From Octopus vulgaris (taxonomy: Eukaryota): a DNA stretch of 64,000 bases. Below the pieces are notes generated by a model that was not told the origin of the DNA, ran no database searches, and saw only the letters and a list, made by a program, of their open reading frames with translations. Numbering within the stretch: the stretch's first letter is position 1; each line of letters opens with the position of its first letter. Where the stretch lies: contig OX597830.1 in assembly GCA_951406725.2 (NCBI GenBank), positions 22,134,001-22,198,000 of the forward strand. The letters run 5' to 3'. Shown in pieces: positions 1 to 13,166 of this stretch. The translations under genes and the position numbers were made by a program.

Positions 1-611
1 TCAGAAGTTGCTTTTGGAAATGAGAAAGCTTACCAGTTGTACCATACATGGCAGAATCCTTTGCATTTCAGATAGTTTTGCAGATTTTATGTTACATGAA
101 AGCTGCCTTGTTTGTAAGAGTGCTTTTTCTCTAAGTATTTCAGGCTGTATGCTTTGCATGAAATGCTGCAACACAGCTAAGACTGAACCACTTAGAGAAC
201 CTGAGACAATACTTTTGGTTTTGCATGGGATATAAAGGGACATGCCAAAGAGTATGTTTTCTGTCACCTGCCTAGCTGTCTCTGATGGGTCCAGATTCAA
301 GCATGTATGTCAAAGAAAATAGTGTAGAACTGGTGGAGTTCTAACCAATCTGCTATAAACTAAAGTGCCAAAGAGTTCAAGTGAGCAGGGAAGGTATGTC
401 AAGCAGTACATGGATATGTTGTGGACAACCACACACAAAGCAGAGAGTGGTGGTGGTTTGACAGTGGCTACATTTGGAGAAGAGAAAGTTGTTTAGAGTG
501 TAAACACACACTAGACTAGTATAAATAGTGTGAATATAAGTACTAATTAGTAATAAATATGATTAGTAAAAAATTACATGAAATAGAAGAAACAAATTTT
601 ATTCAACATAC

Positions 612-706
612 CTTGCCATATTTGGTAAAAAGCACTTTAAGGTCTGTAGCACGGGTACTTGTGGCAAGACCACTGACCCACAGATTTCGATTACTTTGGT
701 CATTGC
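612..706 (-). CDS. SAFB: SAFB-like copy B exon 10 (RRM first half)
   Basis: aatag|GC acceptor, AAG|gtatgt donor, 95 nt; (S)[31 protein letters not shown]. Confidence 0.92.
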
Positions 707-3700
707 CTATTAAGTACAGAAATAAACTAATATGAAAAGATTACCAGGAAACCAGACCCTGTAAGATTAAAATTTCAAATACCTCACATTTAAAACAAAA
801 GCTTAGTGAATAAGATTCAGAACATGTAGAATAATAAAAAAACTTACTTCTCATATTCTTGATAACTTTGGGTTTAGAAGCTGAAGAACTGCAACAATAA
901 AACAATCATTGAGAAATATCAGAATGATGATTATCACTAATGAATGTCATAGAAGTGTATTGGAACAATTTTTCATCATTCATATGAATTAAATATAATT
1001 AGCAAAGTCAAACAATATCACTCCATTCTAGGACCCTAACTCTAAATAGATTTGTAGAGATACATATTTAAGAAAACAAATAAGGGCTATGTATGTATGT
1101 ATATAGACATATACATATGCACTTCTTAAAGAAATTTTTATTATGTAAGGGAGAAAGAATGATGCAATAGAATAACTAATATTTAGCAAAGCATAGACAT
1201 TCCACACACTATGTAGTAATGTAAATATTTATATTAACATCATATTGCATATAGGGGAAAGCATAATGATAGAAGAAGCTTACCTGCTGCAAAGATGTGT
1301 TTTTGTAATAGTCATTTATTATCCCCTTTCAGGAATAAATGAATACAAAAGACACTAATTTCAAATGAAGATATTGGTGAAGACAATAAATGGATTACCT
1401 AAACTAGCTAACAACTGACACCACACATCAGCAACATGTGACCAACACTTATGAAGAAAAATGTACAAAAATACAAGAACTATAGTCTTCATGAAGCTAA
1501 AAAGAGGTCAGCAAGCAATGTGGAATTCCCTAAAGATTAACTGCTAATTTAGCAGGAACATGGCTGGAATACAGGAATCTTAAACTCAGACTTTTTGCTT
1601 TCCAAACATCTTCCAATTTGTATCTTGTCAAAAACATTTATTATCTAACATCGACTAAGTCCTGTCATTTTATTCTTGGGAACTTCAGGATCCCTCCTAT
1701 TCCTCCTCTGCTTCAATTGTAGTTGCCATCTTCGTCAAAACAGATAATTTGGCTTCTTGATATTGGTTAATCTGTTCCTGTGGAGAATGCGTCAGTAATT
1801 TGGTAATCACTTAACATCTGACTCTGAGAATGTGCAATTATATTTCAACTGAGACTCCTGACCCCAGCCAACCCCCGAACACTTTGCTGGCCCTTTTTAG
1901 TTCATGAACTATAGTTTACGATAACCATCTAAAATATGATGAATACTAGCGCAACATTAACTAGCAAACATCCTCATTGGTATCATCCATCACATGTACA
2001 CTCACAACAATTTACATCAATTTTTTAAGAGACTAAGAAATGACCCAGGAGAAAACGTGGGTTTTCCTTTTTGTCTCAAACATGAATAACTAATGGAAAT
2101 ATACCTCAGATAAGTTCAGGTTAATTACAGCCCAGGCCATGTCTTTAATAGTATTTCCAAAGTACAATCTTTACAGTAGATTTTCCTGTTTTATGAAGAA
2201 GACTAGGAAAATGTCTATCATTATTATAATTAGTAGTTTGAACCTGAATCTAACAACCAAACAACACACACTCACATATTCTGTTTTAAAATAACTCACG
2301 ATTAGCCATGAGAGGATGTTCTCTGAAGAAAACCTACTTAAACAGGTTAACTTAAGGTTCAAGAAAATCTGTTCCCATTGGCAGTTGTAGACCCCAGTTG
2401 CAGTCAAGATGTCAACATCTGTTACCGAGAAGTAAGATCATTTAACTAATGACATCTTTGAATCAAAGCAGTGGGAAAGATGACATGAAAACCAACCTCT
2501 TCGACTTTACATCTTTATCATCTTTCTTTTCATCAGCCTTCTTCTCAGTTTGCCCTCCTTCTGTTTTACCTTTAGCCCTTTCTTCAACTTTGCTTCCATC
2601 TGTTTTCTTCGCTTCAGTTTTGCCACGCACTTTGTCCTTTGATGCCACAAGATCAGCATCTAAATCATTCTGTGTATCATCAACATGTACAATCAGTGAT
2701 TCATTTTCTTCACCCTGTTGAGTGTTGGAAGTGTCCATACTGACTGTGTCTTTTAATGCAAATGGAACTTTACGTGGAACACTCGGTGTTGAAGGTAAAT
2801 TGTCCGAAAGAGCTGTTTTGGCCACCTTATCTCCTTTCAGTTCATTACATTTTTGAGATGGAGTTGTGCTTTTCACACTGGCTGACAAGGATTTTTCTTC
2901 ATTATTTTCTTCTTTTGTGTCATTCTCTGCTGATGAGGATTTTTCTTCATTATTTTCTTCTTTATTATCATTCTCTGCTGACAAGGACTTTTCTTCATTA
3001 TTTTCTTCTTTTGCGTCATTCTCTGTTGATGAGGACATTTCACTCTTTTCTTCTTTAGTATTTGTCTCCGCTGACGAAGATGACTGTTCTGGAGGCGCTA
3101 CAGAAAGTTAATTTAGAATGAAATAGTTGATACGAAATGAAAACTTGTTAAATCTCACTCCACAACAGACTGTGCTGTGTTGAGAGTTTAAATAAAAAAA
3201 TTAAGAATGCAATTAAGAAAACATTACTAATAAAAGCTCTTAGACTGGTAATCCTACAGGATCAATGGACTATAAGCTCTATAGCTGAAATATGGATAAT
3301 AATTATACTTCACATAGAAATTTAGCATTAAATTTTCACTGCAGATGTCTTCAATGGTATTGCCCACAACATACATTCAAAATACAACTGAAGTACTTGT
3401 ATAGAACAATGGACAAAGCTACAGGCTCTCAAAAATTACGGGATCTGGATATATGTTGGAACATACTATGCTGCTTGTGCAATGGCAAGCGATATATATA
3501 TGAGCATGTACTGTATCACTTGACTGTGTAACTACAAGCAGGATTGGCTTAGTAGACTTCAATAATTGTGCACTGTCTATGAAATGGCAAGTAATTTTAT
3601 CAGAGATGCAATAAAATGACTGTAGTAAAGTTTTGACACCCATCACTAAGTCATCAGTCATTCAGAAAGATGACTTCTCACTTGTACTTAATATATACAT

Positions 3701-5809
3701 ATTACACTTTCTACAGATCTATAGAGAATAACGTATTCTGTATCATTAAATGAAGAAAAGACGAATGTTCCGGAATAGGATATCAGTTGGTTGCCAGCCA
3801 GATCCCTACATGTAGAGTTTTTACCTACATCAAGATGCACTGAGAGTCACAAAAGCGTCCAGCTCAAAGATAAAGCAATAGCACAAGAATATGCTGGGGT
3901 TCCAATGACCTCTTCCATCAGCTACTTTGTATCTAGATATATGAATACAAACACAAAACACACACAGGGGTGCATGTAGTTATTTACAACAAAATTAAGT
4001 GTAAAGTAAAAATTAAAAATAGACAAAATATATTTTCTGGAAATAGTACACATGTTCAATGAGATATATTAAAGAAGAAGGTTATTCATTAAACCACCCC
4101 CAGCCATCCTCCATGACGACCTTTGTGTGACCACAGAAAGATTTTATGTCAGTGTCAAGTGGTTTTGAAACATGCTGCCCATCACATTCACAAAGGTAGC
4201 CTTCAAAGAATCCTTGGTATTCGCAGGCAGCCAAACACTGGTTGAAGTAGAGTCCCACTGGAAGAGCTTGCCTCAAGCTCTATGGGAAGTGAGACGGAAG
4301 TGTGCGACATGGCCCTCAATACTCATGGCACCAAAAGGACTATCACAGATGATGTTCATCACCATGAGTTCCATGACAGATTTCATGCTGAGCTACCTGT
4401 CATTTTCCCCTGTTCAACTTCTAGTCCTGGTCAACATTTATCAAAGAAAAACTAAGGAACGACTGGTTTCTTGGCTTGAGATTGTCCAACAAATGCTTCA
4501 ATCAGAATATTTGGTTCTCCTAGGTTTTGCCAGACATGAACTGCTCTCTCCTCCTCGCATAGGATTGGTACATGAGGTCCTCATGCATAACATGTCTTAA
4601 AGTGGATGCTACCACATTCAGATGCTTGGCAATGGACCTCATCAACTTACAAGGAATCACTGTTGTTCATATCCTGGACTTGCTGGATGAACATAGACAT
4701 CCTGATGAGGCAAGACTACTGAAAATGTCTCGTACATCTTTGCCAGTGGTCTCTAGCTCTTTCCTGATCTTAAACATGAAGGGATTAGCCAAATTTAAAA
4801 AGCTGTCAGTCTCCAAGTCACTGTAGTTGGTGGCTAGGGAAACAAGCACAGCATGCCTTTACACTTCTTATGTCAGATAGAAATTTGACTTGTTGATTTG
4901 TCTGAAAGAGAAATGAGAAAGTTAAAATTTGGTATATGCCTTGTAAAATTGTTAGGTTGTTTTCCATTTATGCTCTGCTAAAATTGTGTTCACTAACACC
5001 TGGCATAACCAGTATATATAATTATTGAAATCACTGAAAACAAGATTTCTGTACAACGCAGTATCCTGATGCGCTGCTTCGGACTGCAGCATCCATTGCA
5101 AAGTGCTTGTTAAGGAGATACAAATGGAACAGTCATCCAGTGAAATATAGCCTCAGGAGGACATCCAGTTTCAAACAAACGCACACACAACCAATTCCAA
5201 CTGTGTTAAGTAAACGATCAAGCAACTCTGGATTCATAATTTCTATCTCCTTTTACCTCCACCAGCCTAGTGTCTTACAAATGTCATTGGTGCAGCCTCC
5301 TCTGACTAAACCAGAGTAAAGTTTTAAAACACACATATGTACAAAAAGTAAAATGTACAATCATATTATATATACAATATAAACACACACACATATACAT
5401 ATCTATACACACAAATACACATATATACACACATACACATATACGCACACATACAGGGTGATTCAAAAGTTGCTATAAGAGCAACTATTTTTAATAAGAA
5501 ACAGTTTTGTATTTAACTGTTTCTTATAAAAAAATAAATTTTCCCTGTATGGTGACTTTTAAATCACCCTGTATATATAGACATATATACACACACAAAT
5601 ATATAAGTATACATATACACACATATGTAAGTACATATGTGTATACACATATATACATACACACACATATATACATATACACATTTAGACATACACACCA
5701 CACATATATACCTGTACAAAACATTATATGACCATGTCTTAAATAGATTACTGTTCAGAAATGTAAGAAGAGGAGACAAGTGTGTATGTATGTGTGTATA
5801 TAGATATTA

Positions 5810-5855
<46 letters not shown>

Positions 5856-8800
5856 CAATCACAAATATATAATATATTCTGAATACAAGATTCAAAATTC
5901 TGAATTCAACTAATAGTTCTATTCCTTGAAAAAAGACCTGACAAGCATTATCTTGAATCAACAATTTTTCATCCATTATTTTACTAATTATGCTAAAATT
6001 AACTTTCACTGCTCATAGAACTACTTCTGCAGGTGTTGTCATAAATTATTAGAAATTATTTTATGCTATTTTGTACAAATTTTGATCTTGAAACATTAAC
6101 AGATTAATTCTACAACTTACATAACCAAGCTCACAACCATATTTTGAGTTTTGTTATCAGAGTGGAATGGCATGAATGAGCTAACATTCCAATTCTTCTT
6201 CTTTACGTATCTGGAGTATTTTGTTTACATCAGACGACAATTATTGGCAATATAAATGTTACAGAGATAAGGATCAGACAACTATCTAAATCCTGGTTTT
6301 GTTTCTGTTTCTAAATGATATTTCAATTTCATATTATTGCACTATAAAAAGCATGAGTCTCACACAATCTTATTCCACCTCACCTATAAATGAAGTCACC
6401 TTTAGCTTATGTTGAAGCAACAAAGCAATATTCAAAACATGGCACGCATCCCCATGAAAAACTCTGAATTTGATGAAAGAAGTAGATATCCAAAATTATA
6501 CATCTAAATCTAATTTAAACCCTTTAGCATTGTAACTGACCAGATCGGGTCTAAATATTCTCCCTGCTTTATATTCAAACTGGCCAGATCCAGCATCTCA
6601 CACCTACACAACAATGTCACTCTAAAACTCAATGCTATGAGATACTGAAGGATTAATTCAAAACAATGTGCATAAATAAGCATTGCATTTGACAGAGCAA
6701 TATAATTGCTAAAGGGTTAAACTAAGCATGAAGCAAAAATAACAAACAAGTGATACTGCAACACAGGATATGAAAAAGAAAACTACTGATGAATTAAAAC
6801 TACACATACACACACACCCACATATACTATAGCAGAGGAGAATTGACTATCCTTATCAAAAAGGAAAGGTTAAACAAAATTTTTGCTTTTCCACAATATG
6901 AACAAGAAAACTACAAACCACTTGACTTAAAGCCACACACACACACACACACACACACTATAGCAGAGGAACAAGCATTGAGTATCCTTATCAAAAAGGA
7001 ACGGTTAAACAAAATTTTTGCTTTTACAATGCCTTGAAATTTTATTATCAGTGCCATTCATTTACACTTTTTGATGTTACAGAGATATTTATCAGCTTTG
7101 TTTTTATTGGTAATTCTTATCAACAACTTTTCTTATGATTGTGATTTGAAAAGACCTGCAGCAATATGCTGAAGATTGGACATAATCTCTTGTGGGTAAG
7201 AAATGTAAAATAAAGTTTATCATAAACAACATAAACAATTTGTAATATAATAGCTTTCAATGTTTCAAACAGAAATTATTTTTATTTAATGAAAATTTAA
7301 TAAAATCTAATCATAAGTAAGTGAAATTATGCTAAATACAACTAAATTGAAAACTTTTTTCCCCTAGCTATATCGGCAATTCTGAAAACTTTTGGGTGCG
7401 AATTTTACATGAGTAGAAGCTTTTTTTAACAGATTTTATCCTGAAAATCACAAGTGCGCAATTTACATGGGTTTTTACAGTAGTAGTTGACTATCATATA
7501 TTGAACCAATATAGTTCATTCTAAACTAGAAATTTATATGACTTCTATAAGAAACCTTCATTAACAATGTATATATTATTGGCAAAACTCAGTTTGTGTG
7601 AATATTATATTTGGTTGTGTTTTGTTACTTTCGCTGAAAGGTGGAGAATGGCTCAACAGTTTAAGGTCAACCAAAGTATACAAAATGATAATTTTAGGAA
7701 ATTTAATGCATATGAATGACATACCTGTGGTATCCATTAATGGTCCACCAGGCTCTTCCTAAAAAAGCGAAGAAAATACCTGACATGACTAACAGCAACA
7801 AATGATGAAACAAAATACATACAGTTGTATTACATTGCTTATCTTTATATCTAATGTAATTGTGTAAATGTATGAAGATATTTGGATCTCAAATGGTTTT
7901 CTGTTTGAAGAGTTAATGAAATTTGTAACTGGTTAACTGTTAAATGTAAGTAACTACCAAACCTAATCAAAAATTATTTTCATACATATTATTAAGTTAA
8001 AAATGCCAAATCCAAAACTAATTATGAAGTAGTGTAATTTAGTTAATAGAACAATAGCTGTAGTAAATGTTCATTACCTGCAGATCAGTACAAGTGTCTT
8101 TGTCCGTATCTAAAGATATAGGTAGTTCCTCTTTAAACTGGTCTTTATCAAAGGTGTTATCTGTCAACATATCTGATGGTTTGGTATCGCTTGAAAGCAG
8201 TCGATCCTCAGTAAGGTCTTCCACAGAAGTTTTGTCAGGGATCAAAGAGTACCCATCTGTATTCGTAGTGTTTAAGAAGACATCTGTTAATGCCACATTA
8301 GATGTCTCTGATTCTTTCTAAAAATTAAAACAAAACAGGTTTCTGTTAACCATCAACACTGAATCATCCTATATTTATCCTTTGCTCACTGTAATATCCA
8401 TTAGTACCTTATTCTTATTCAATGCTTAAATTATTACTGTATTCCATTTTCACTATAAGGAATTTTATAGTATTATTATAGAATAATAGTACTTTCTTCT
8501 TTGAGATTCACAGTGATCATTGCTGTGCTACAGGTAAAGCTCTTTTCAGTTATGAAATTCAACTGTTATTAATGACCACAGTACGTCTGTGTACTTCCTT
8601 TTCATGGATAGCATTATCAAACTGACATTGAAATTCTAACACTAAAGTAAACTAAGTGAACACATCACAGTAGAGTATGATCATCAGGTGAGATCTAAGT
8701 GTTTCTGAATCCTAGCAGTTTTTGCAACTTTGCAGGTTAAGCACTAAAAAGGGTTCAGTTCAAGATTATTCCCTAATAAGTGCAATGATTCTGTCTTTGC

Positions 8801-11800
8801 TGAATGAGTAAAGATTATCATGTACCCAGTAGAGAATGTTTCCCACTGTTTTATTCATGGAAACAATGGAAGCTTGATAGGAGCTGTTTAGGCAATGTGT
8901 GGTTGATGCCAAAGTAGGGAAGATAAATTAAATGGCATTATAGGCAGAGGAATGGGGGTTGTTGGATGACAAGTAAATCGTTTTATAAAAACAGAGGCGT
9001 GCGCTTGGTAGATGAAATCTAAACAAGCACATCATACACACACACCTCTGTATACTACAATCTGACAGGAAGCACAGTCTCTGTCAACCAAACAGATTAA
9101 CAAGGCATTGGACAACTTGGTGTTCTAGTAGGACACTGGCCAAAGGTGCCATGCAATAAGGCTGAACCTGAATCCACATGGTTGCAAAGTAAGCTTCTTA
9201 ACCACACAGCCATGCCTGTGCACACACAATAGATTTTTGTTACTAAGCCAGAGCAAATACCTCCAAAAAAATAATATACAAAACAGTGACATTTGGAAAA
9301 TACATAGAAGACAGACATTGATATGCAAAAATATGACAAAATTCACCAACCTCATCCATGTTGTCTGTAGTATGTTCGCTTTCTGGAAATAAAAAAAATA
9401 ATTCAACATCAGTTCAGTAACTTCAGTATTATACATCATTCAGTTACACAAACCTATATTACACACATCTGAACACAGACCAAAACAGTCTCACACAACT
9501 GTGTATGACATAACATTGAGTTAATCAAACTACACTACATAATACTAATATACACTGGTGTGTGTAACCGTATTATTTAAAATTTCAGTCTAAAATTCAG
9601 TTACACACACCTGAATATGAGGACATTGTATTACATATTAACTAGTTATTACATTGGCAGAAAGGGTCCTAATGCACTCCTTGCCCATACAATATATTAC
9701 CGTGAAGAGTGTAATTTGTCAGCTCAGCAGACAGAGATAAAACAATCTAAGGAGAATAACACAACTAATTTATTTACAGTATAAAAGCTTTATATCGTGC
9801 CACAGGTTGGTATAGATAAATTATGCAGTGGAGTTTTAATCAATGTGTTCACAGACATACTTCGCGAAACTACCAAAAACGCTCTCTGCCCCACTACTAC
9901 TGACTTCTACTCTTTCTAAGAGTTTGACCAATCCATTCTTCCAATCCCCCAGGAGTATCAATGACTCTCACCACAACATCTCCCTCTTTGAGATTGACTT
10001 CCGTTGGAAGTTTTATTCATTTTTCTAGTATCTTTTCCACAATATCAGCCTTTCCACACAGTATCGGTCCAGAATTTGAAATTAGGAATTTTTATTTCTT
10101 TTTTAAGTCATCACTTTTATAATCTGATGACTTGTTGCCAGATGTTTTAACATAATTCTCACCTGAGACTTAGGTAATATTTTCATTTATTTTTGCACAC
10201 AGCACTCTTATTTTGCGTTGTACTAAGCTTTCTTGTTTTTCACTCAAACGGACTACAGTGCAACTTTTTAACTCCAAGAAGACATCTCCTCTAGCTGGTT
10301 AACACAGCACCGCTGTGTCCAATATATTGTGAGCAGGAGAATCAAACCCTTACCAATTTCTAGCAACAGAACCAACACACAGTTATTCGAAAAACTACCA
10401 TTACGGCAGCTTACGTGTTTAGTGCAAGCTCAATGCAGAACTAATACACCAACTTTTACCAAACCGCTTCTGCCAACTTACTGCCTTTTCATAGGACATG
10501 ATAGTATTTTACTTGAGGTACTTTGTCTGCTGAGTGCACAACATCTACCAGCTGTCACCAATTTCTCAATGTCCCGGTGCATGCAACAGATTGTACTGGG
10601 TTACATGTTACCAGTAGTGTCCAGGAGTGACTTGACCTTCTTCTGGGTTATAAATAAATTCTCCAATTGAATTTGCTGCACTGTCTGATGAGAATGAACC
10701 TGAAGCAATTTCAGAATTCTTCAACATTACTTCCAGTAACTATTGGTATTGTTGTTGTTGCTGTAGTTGTTGATATTTTAACTGCTGTTGTTGCTGTTGC
10801 AACTGCACCACGCAAGCCAACAAGTATTCCATGTTAAATAATTTTTTCTTCAGTTTCATACCAAAAAAGAAAAAAACGTCCTATGCAAGCTTTGAATATC
10901 TCGTGCCACAGGTTGGTATAGATAAATTATGCAGTGGAAGTTTAATCAATGTGTTCACACAACATATTTTGCGAGACTACCAAAAACACACCACTCTACT
11001 ACTATCCTCTACATTTTATAAGAGTTCGGCAAGTCTATTCTTCCAATTCCCTTGGGGCGTCAATGACTCTTGCCACAACAAAAAGTTATCATGACTGATA
11101 CATCTCACAGTGTTATCACCAATGTTCTTGCAAGAATCATCATCATTTAACATCCATCTTTGATGCTGGCATAGGTTAAACTGTTTGACAGGATCCAACA
11201 GAGCCAGAGAATTGTGTCAAGCTCCTATGTCAGCTCTGACATGGTTTGGATGCCCTTCTAAATGTCAACCACTGTACTCATTGTTCTAGGTGCTTTTTCC
11301 ATGACACCAACACTAGGGAGGTCACCAAGTAACTTGCAAGATGGGGGAAAAGAACCCAGCATTGAATGTGACTGCAGTAGAGTTGGAAGTTATGCCAGGT
11401 GTTGAGAGGCCAGAGTATGATAGAGAGACAGGCACAGGTGTCTTCTTATAGAGAAAATACATGGCTACCCCACATTATGTAAGGGTGGGTGGGAGTAAGT
11501 GGAAAGAAGACAGTGATTGTAGTGACAAAGTGTCAGAGAGTACTCTCAAGATAAAACAAGGAGAGTATAGGAGAGAATATGGACAGCAGGTCAGGACAGA
11601 TGGGTGGGTATGTTCATCACACTGAGAAATGAGAGTGATAACAGATGGTTAGAGAAGGGAGTGGAGTGGAGGTGGATGTAGTAAAGGAACAATGCTGGAG
11701 GTGTGGTTGATCATAAATATCAGTATGAGAGGAGAAAGGCAGGTGGAAGGAATAGGAATGGCTCAAGAAGGAAGAGGTGACAAGTGGCAGTGCAAGAAAG

Positions 11801-13130
11801 GTAGAAAGCAGCAGTATAATAAACCCGTAGATAGACTAGAAAATAGAGAGATTATGAGTGGGGAGGCTCAGTAGAGGGAGAGAGAGAGAGAGAGATGTAC
11901 AGTGACAGAGATGAATGTCAGAAGTATGCAGAGATGACTATAGAGAATGGGAGACAAAGGTGTGGGGAGGCCATCAACACCAACCCAAGACGGTATGACA
12001 ATGATAGTAGATACAAGAAAATGTTAAAGATGAGGTATGGCAGTCTTAAAATGTAACTCAGAAAAGAGAAGGGAAAGCAATAAGTAGAGGGAGAGAGAGG
12101 GCTGATCAGACAACAATAAAATTTGAAACACACACCACATAATATATACACATACAATCTTAACACACATAAATGCATATACAAAATCTGTATCTTTAGT
12201 TATATAATTCTGATACTTACTAATATCTTCAGTAGACTGATTTTCTTCCAGATATTTCTCTTCACAGAAAGCCTAAAATTGTCAAAATACCAAGTTAACC
12301 AATAGAAAAGTCCACATAGACATGACTGCTAAAATGTCTAGAGAAAGTGACACATTATATAATTTGTTGTGTAATTATATATAATTTTTTTATATATAAT
12401 TAAAATGAGATGTGTGTGTGTGAGAGAGAAAGAATTGATGTAGGAAGGAAATGAAAGTATTCTCAGAAAAATGCTGATATAAAACATCTGTGAATTCTAT
12501 TCAAAATCAGGTTAATACAATTAACTACCTTTTAATTTTTACCTGATTCAGTCATTGGGCTGCAGCCATGGTTTAACTGAATAAATTGTCCCTAGTATTT
12601 ACATTTTTAAGTCTTGTACTAATTGTATAGGAGTGATTTGCCAAACTAACATTGGCTGTGAAACAGCATGGAATGAGAATGGGGCAAAATTCTTCAATGG
12701 TATTTTATGTAATTTAGTGAAATTATTAAGCAAGACTAAGTTGAGATAATTACAAGTCCAAAAAAACTGTTAGAAATAAATTTAGGAAAAAAAGAAAAAG
12801 CTCACCTCAACGTTTACTAACGCAGCTAAATTGTCTGAAAAATAACAAGAACATTTATTTAAGAGAAATGAAATGAATATCAAATTTGATATCTAATTAT
12901 AAATTAACCTATACATAATGGAATCATGCCATTTTCTTCAAAGATTAAAACTCCAGCAAATTCAGTACTAGCAAGAAAGTGTGCATTCATGGAGAGCTGG
13001 AGGGATGGGTGAATGGTTGGGTGGCTGGAACTAAATACATATACATATATATATTTATGAGATGTGTCATTAGTTTGTATAAAATATTTAAATTTAATTG
13101 AATTATAATTGTTCACTATATTGTTTTTGT

Positions 13131-13166
<36 letters not shown>

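Noticed and set aside
1-300. ORFs 1..300 (-) and 8..235 (+) as a further exon or gene
   Set aside because: They do not resemble the expected next RRM exon (VVGAKVVTN...) and I cannot assign them; probably intronic.
919-979. C/D snoRNA-like pattern (ATGATGA...CTGA) on the minus strand
   Set aside because: Only about 30 nt from the acceptor, and the boxes are not retained in the homologous intron of copy A.
2171-2407. Paired ORFs [13 protein letters not shown]... (also 36162..36347) as a small conserved protein
   Set aside because: They start at TTG, the frames diverge at a CA microsatellite indel, and the similarity is explained by the shared nucleotide tract.
2449-2721. Identical 90-aa plus-strand ORFs at 2449..2721 and 36389..36661
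   Set aside because: Antisense shadows of the K/E/D-rich exon 8 inside the near-identical tract; no independent coding evidence.
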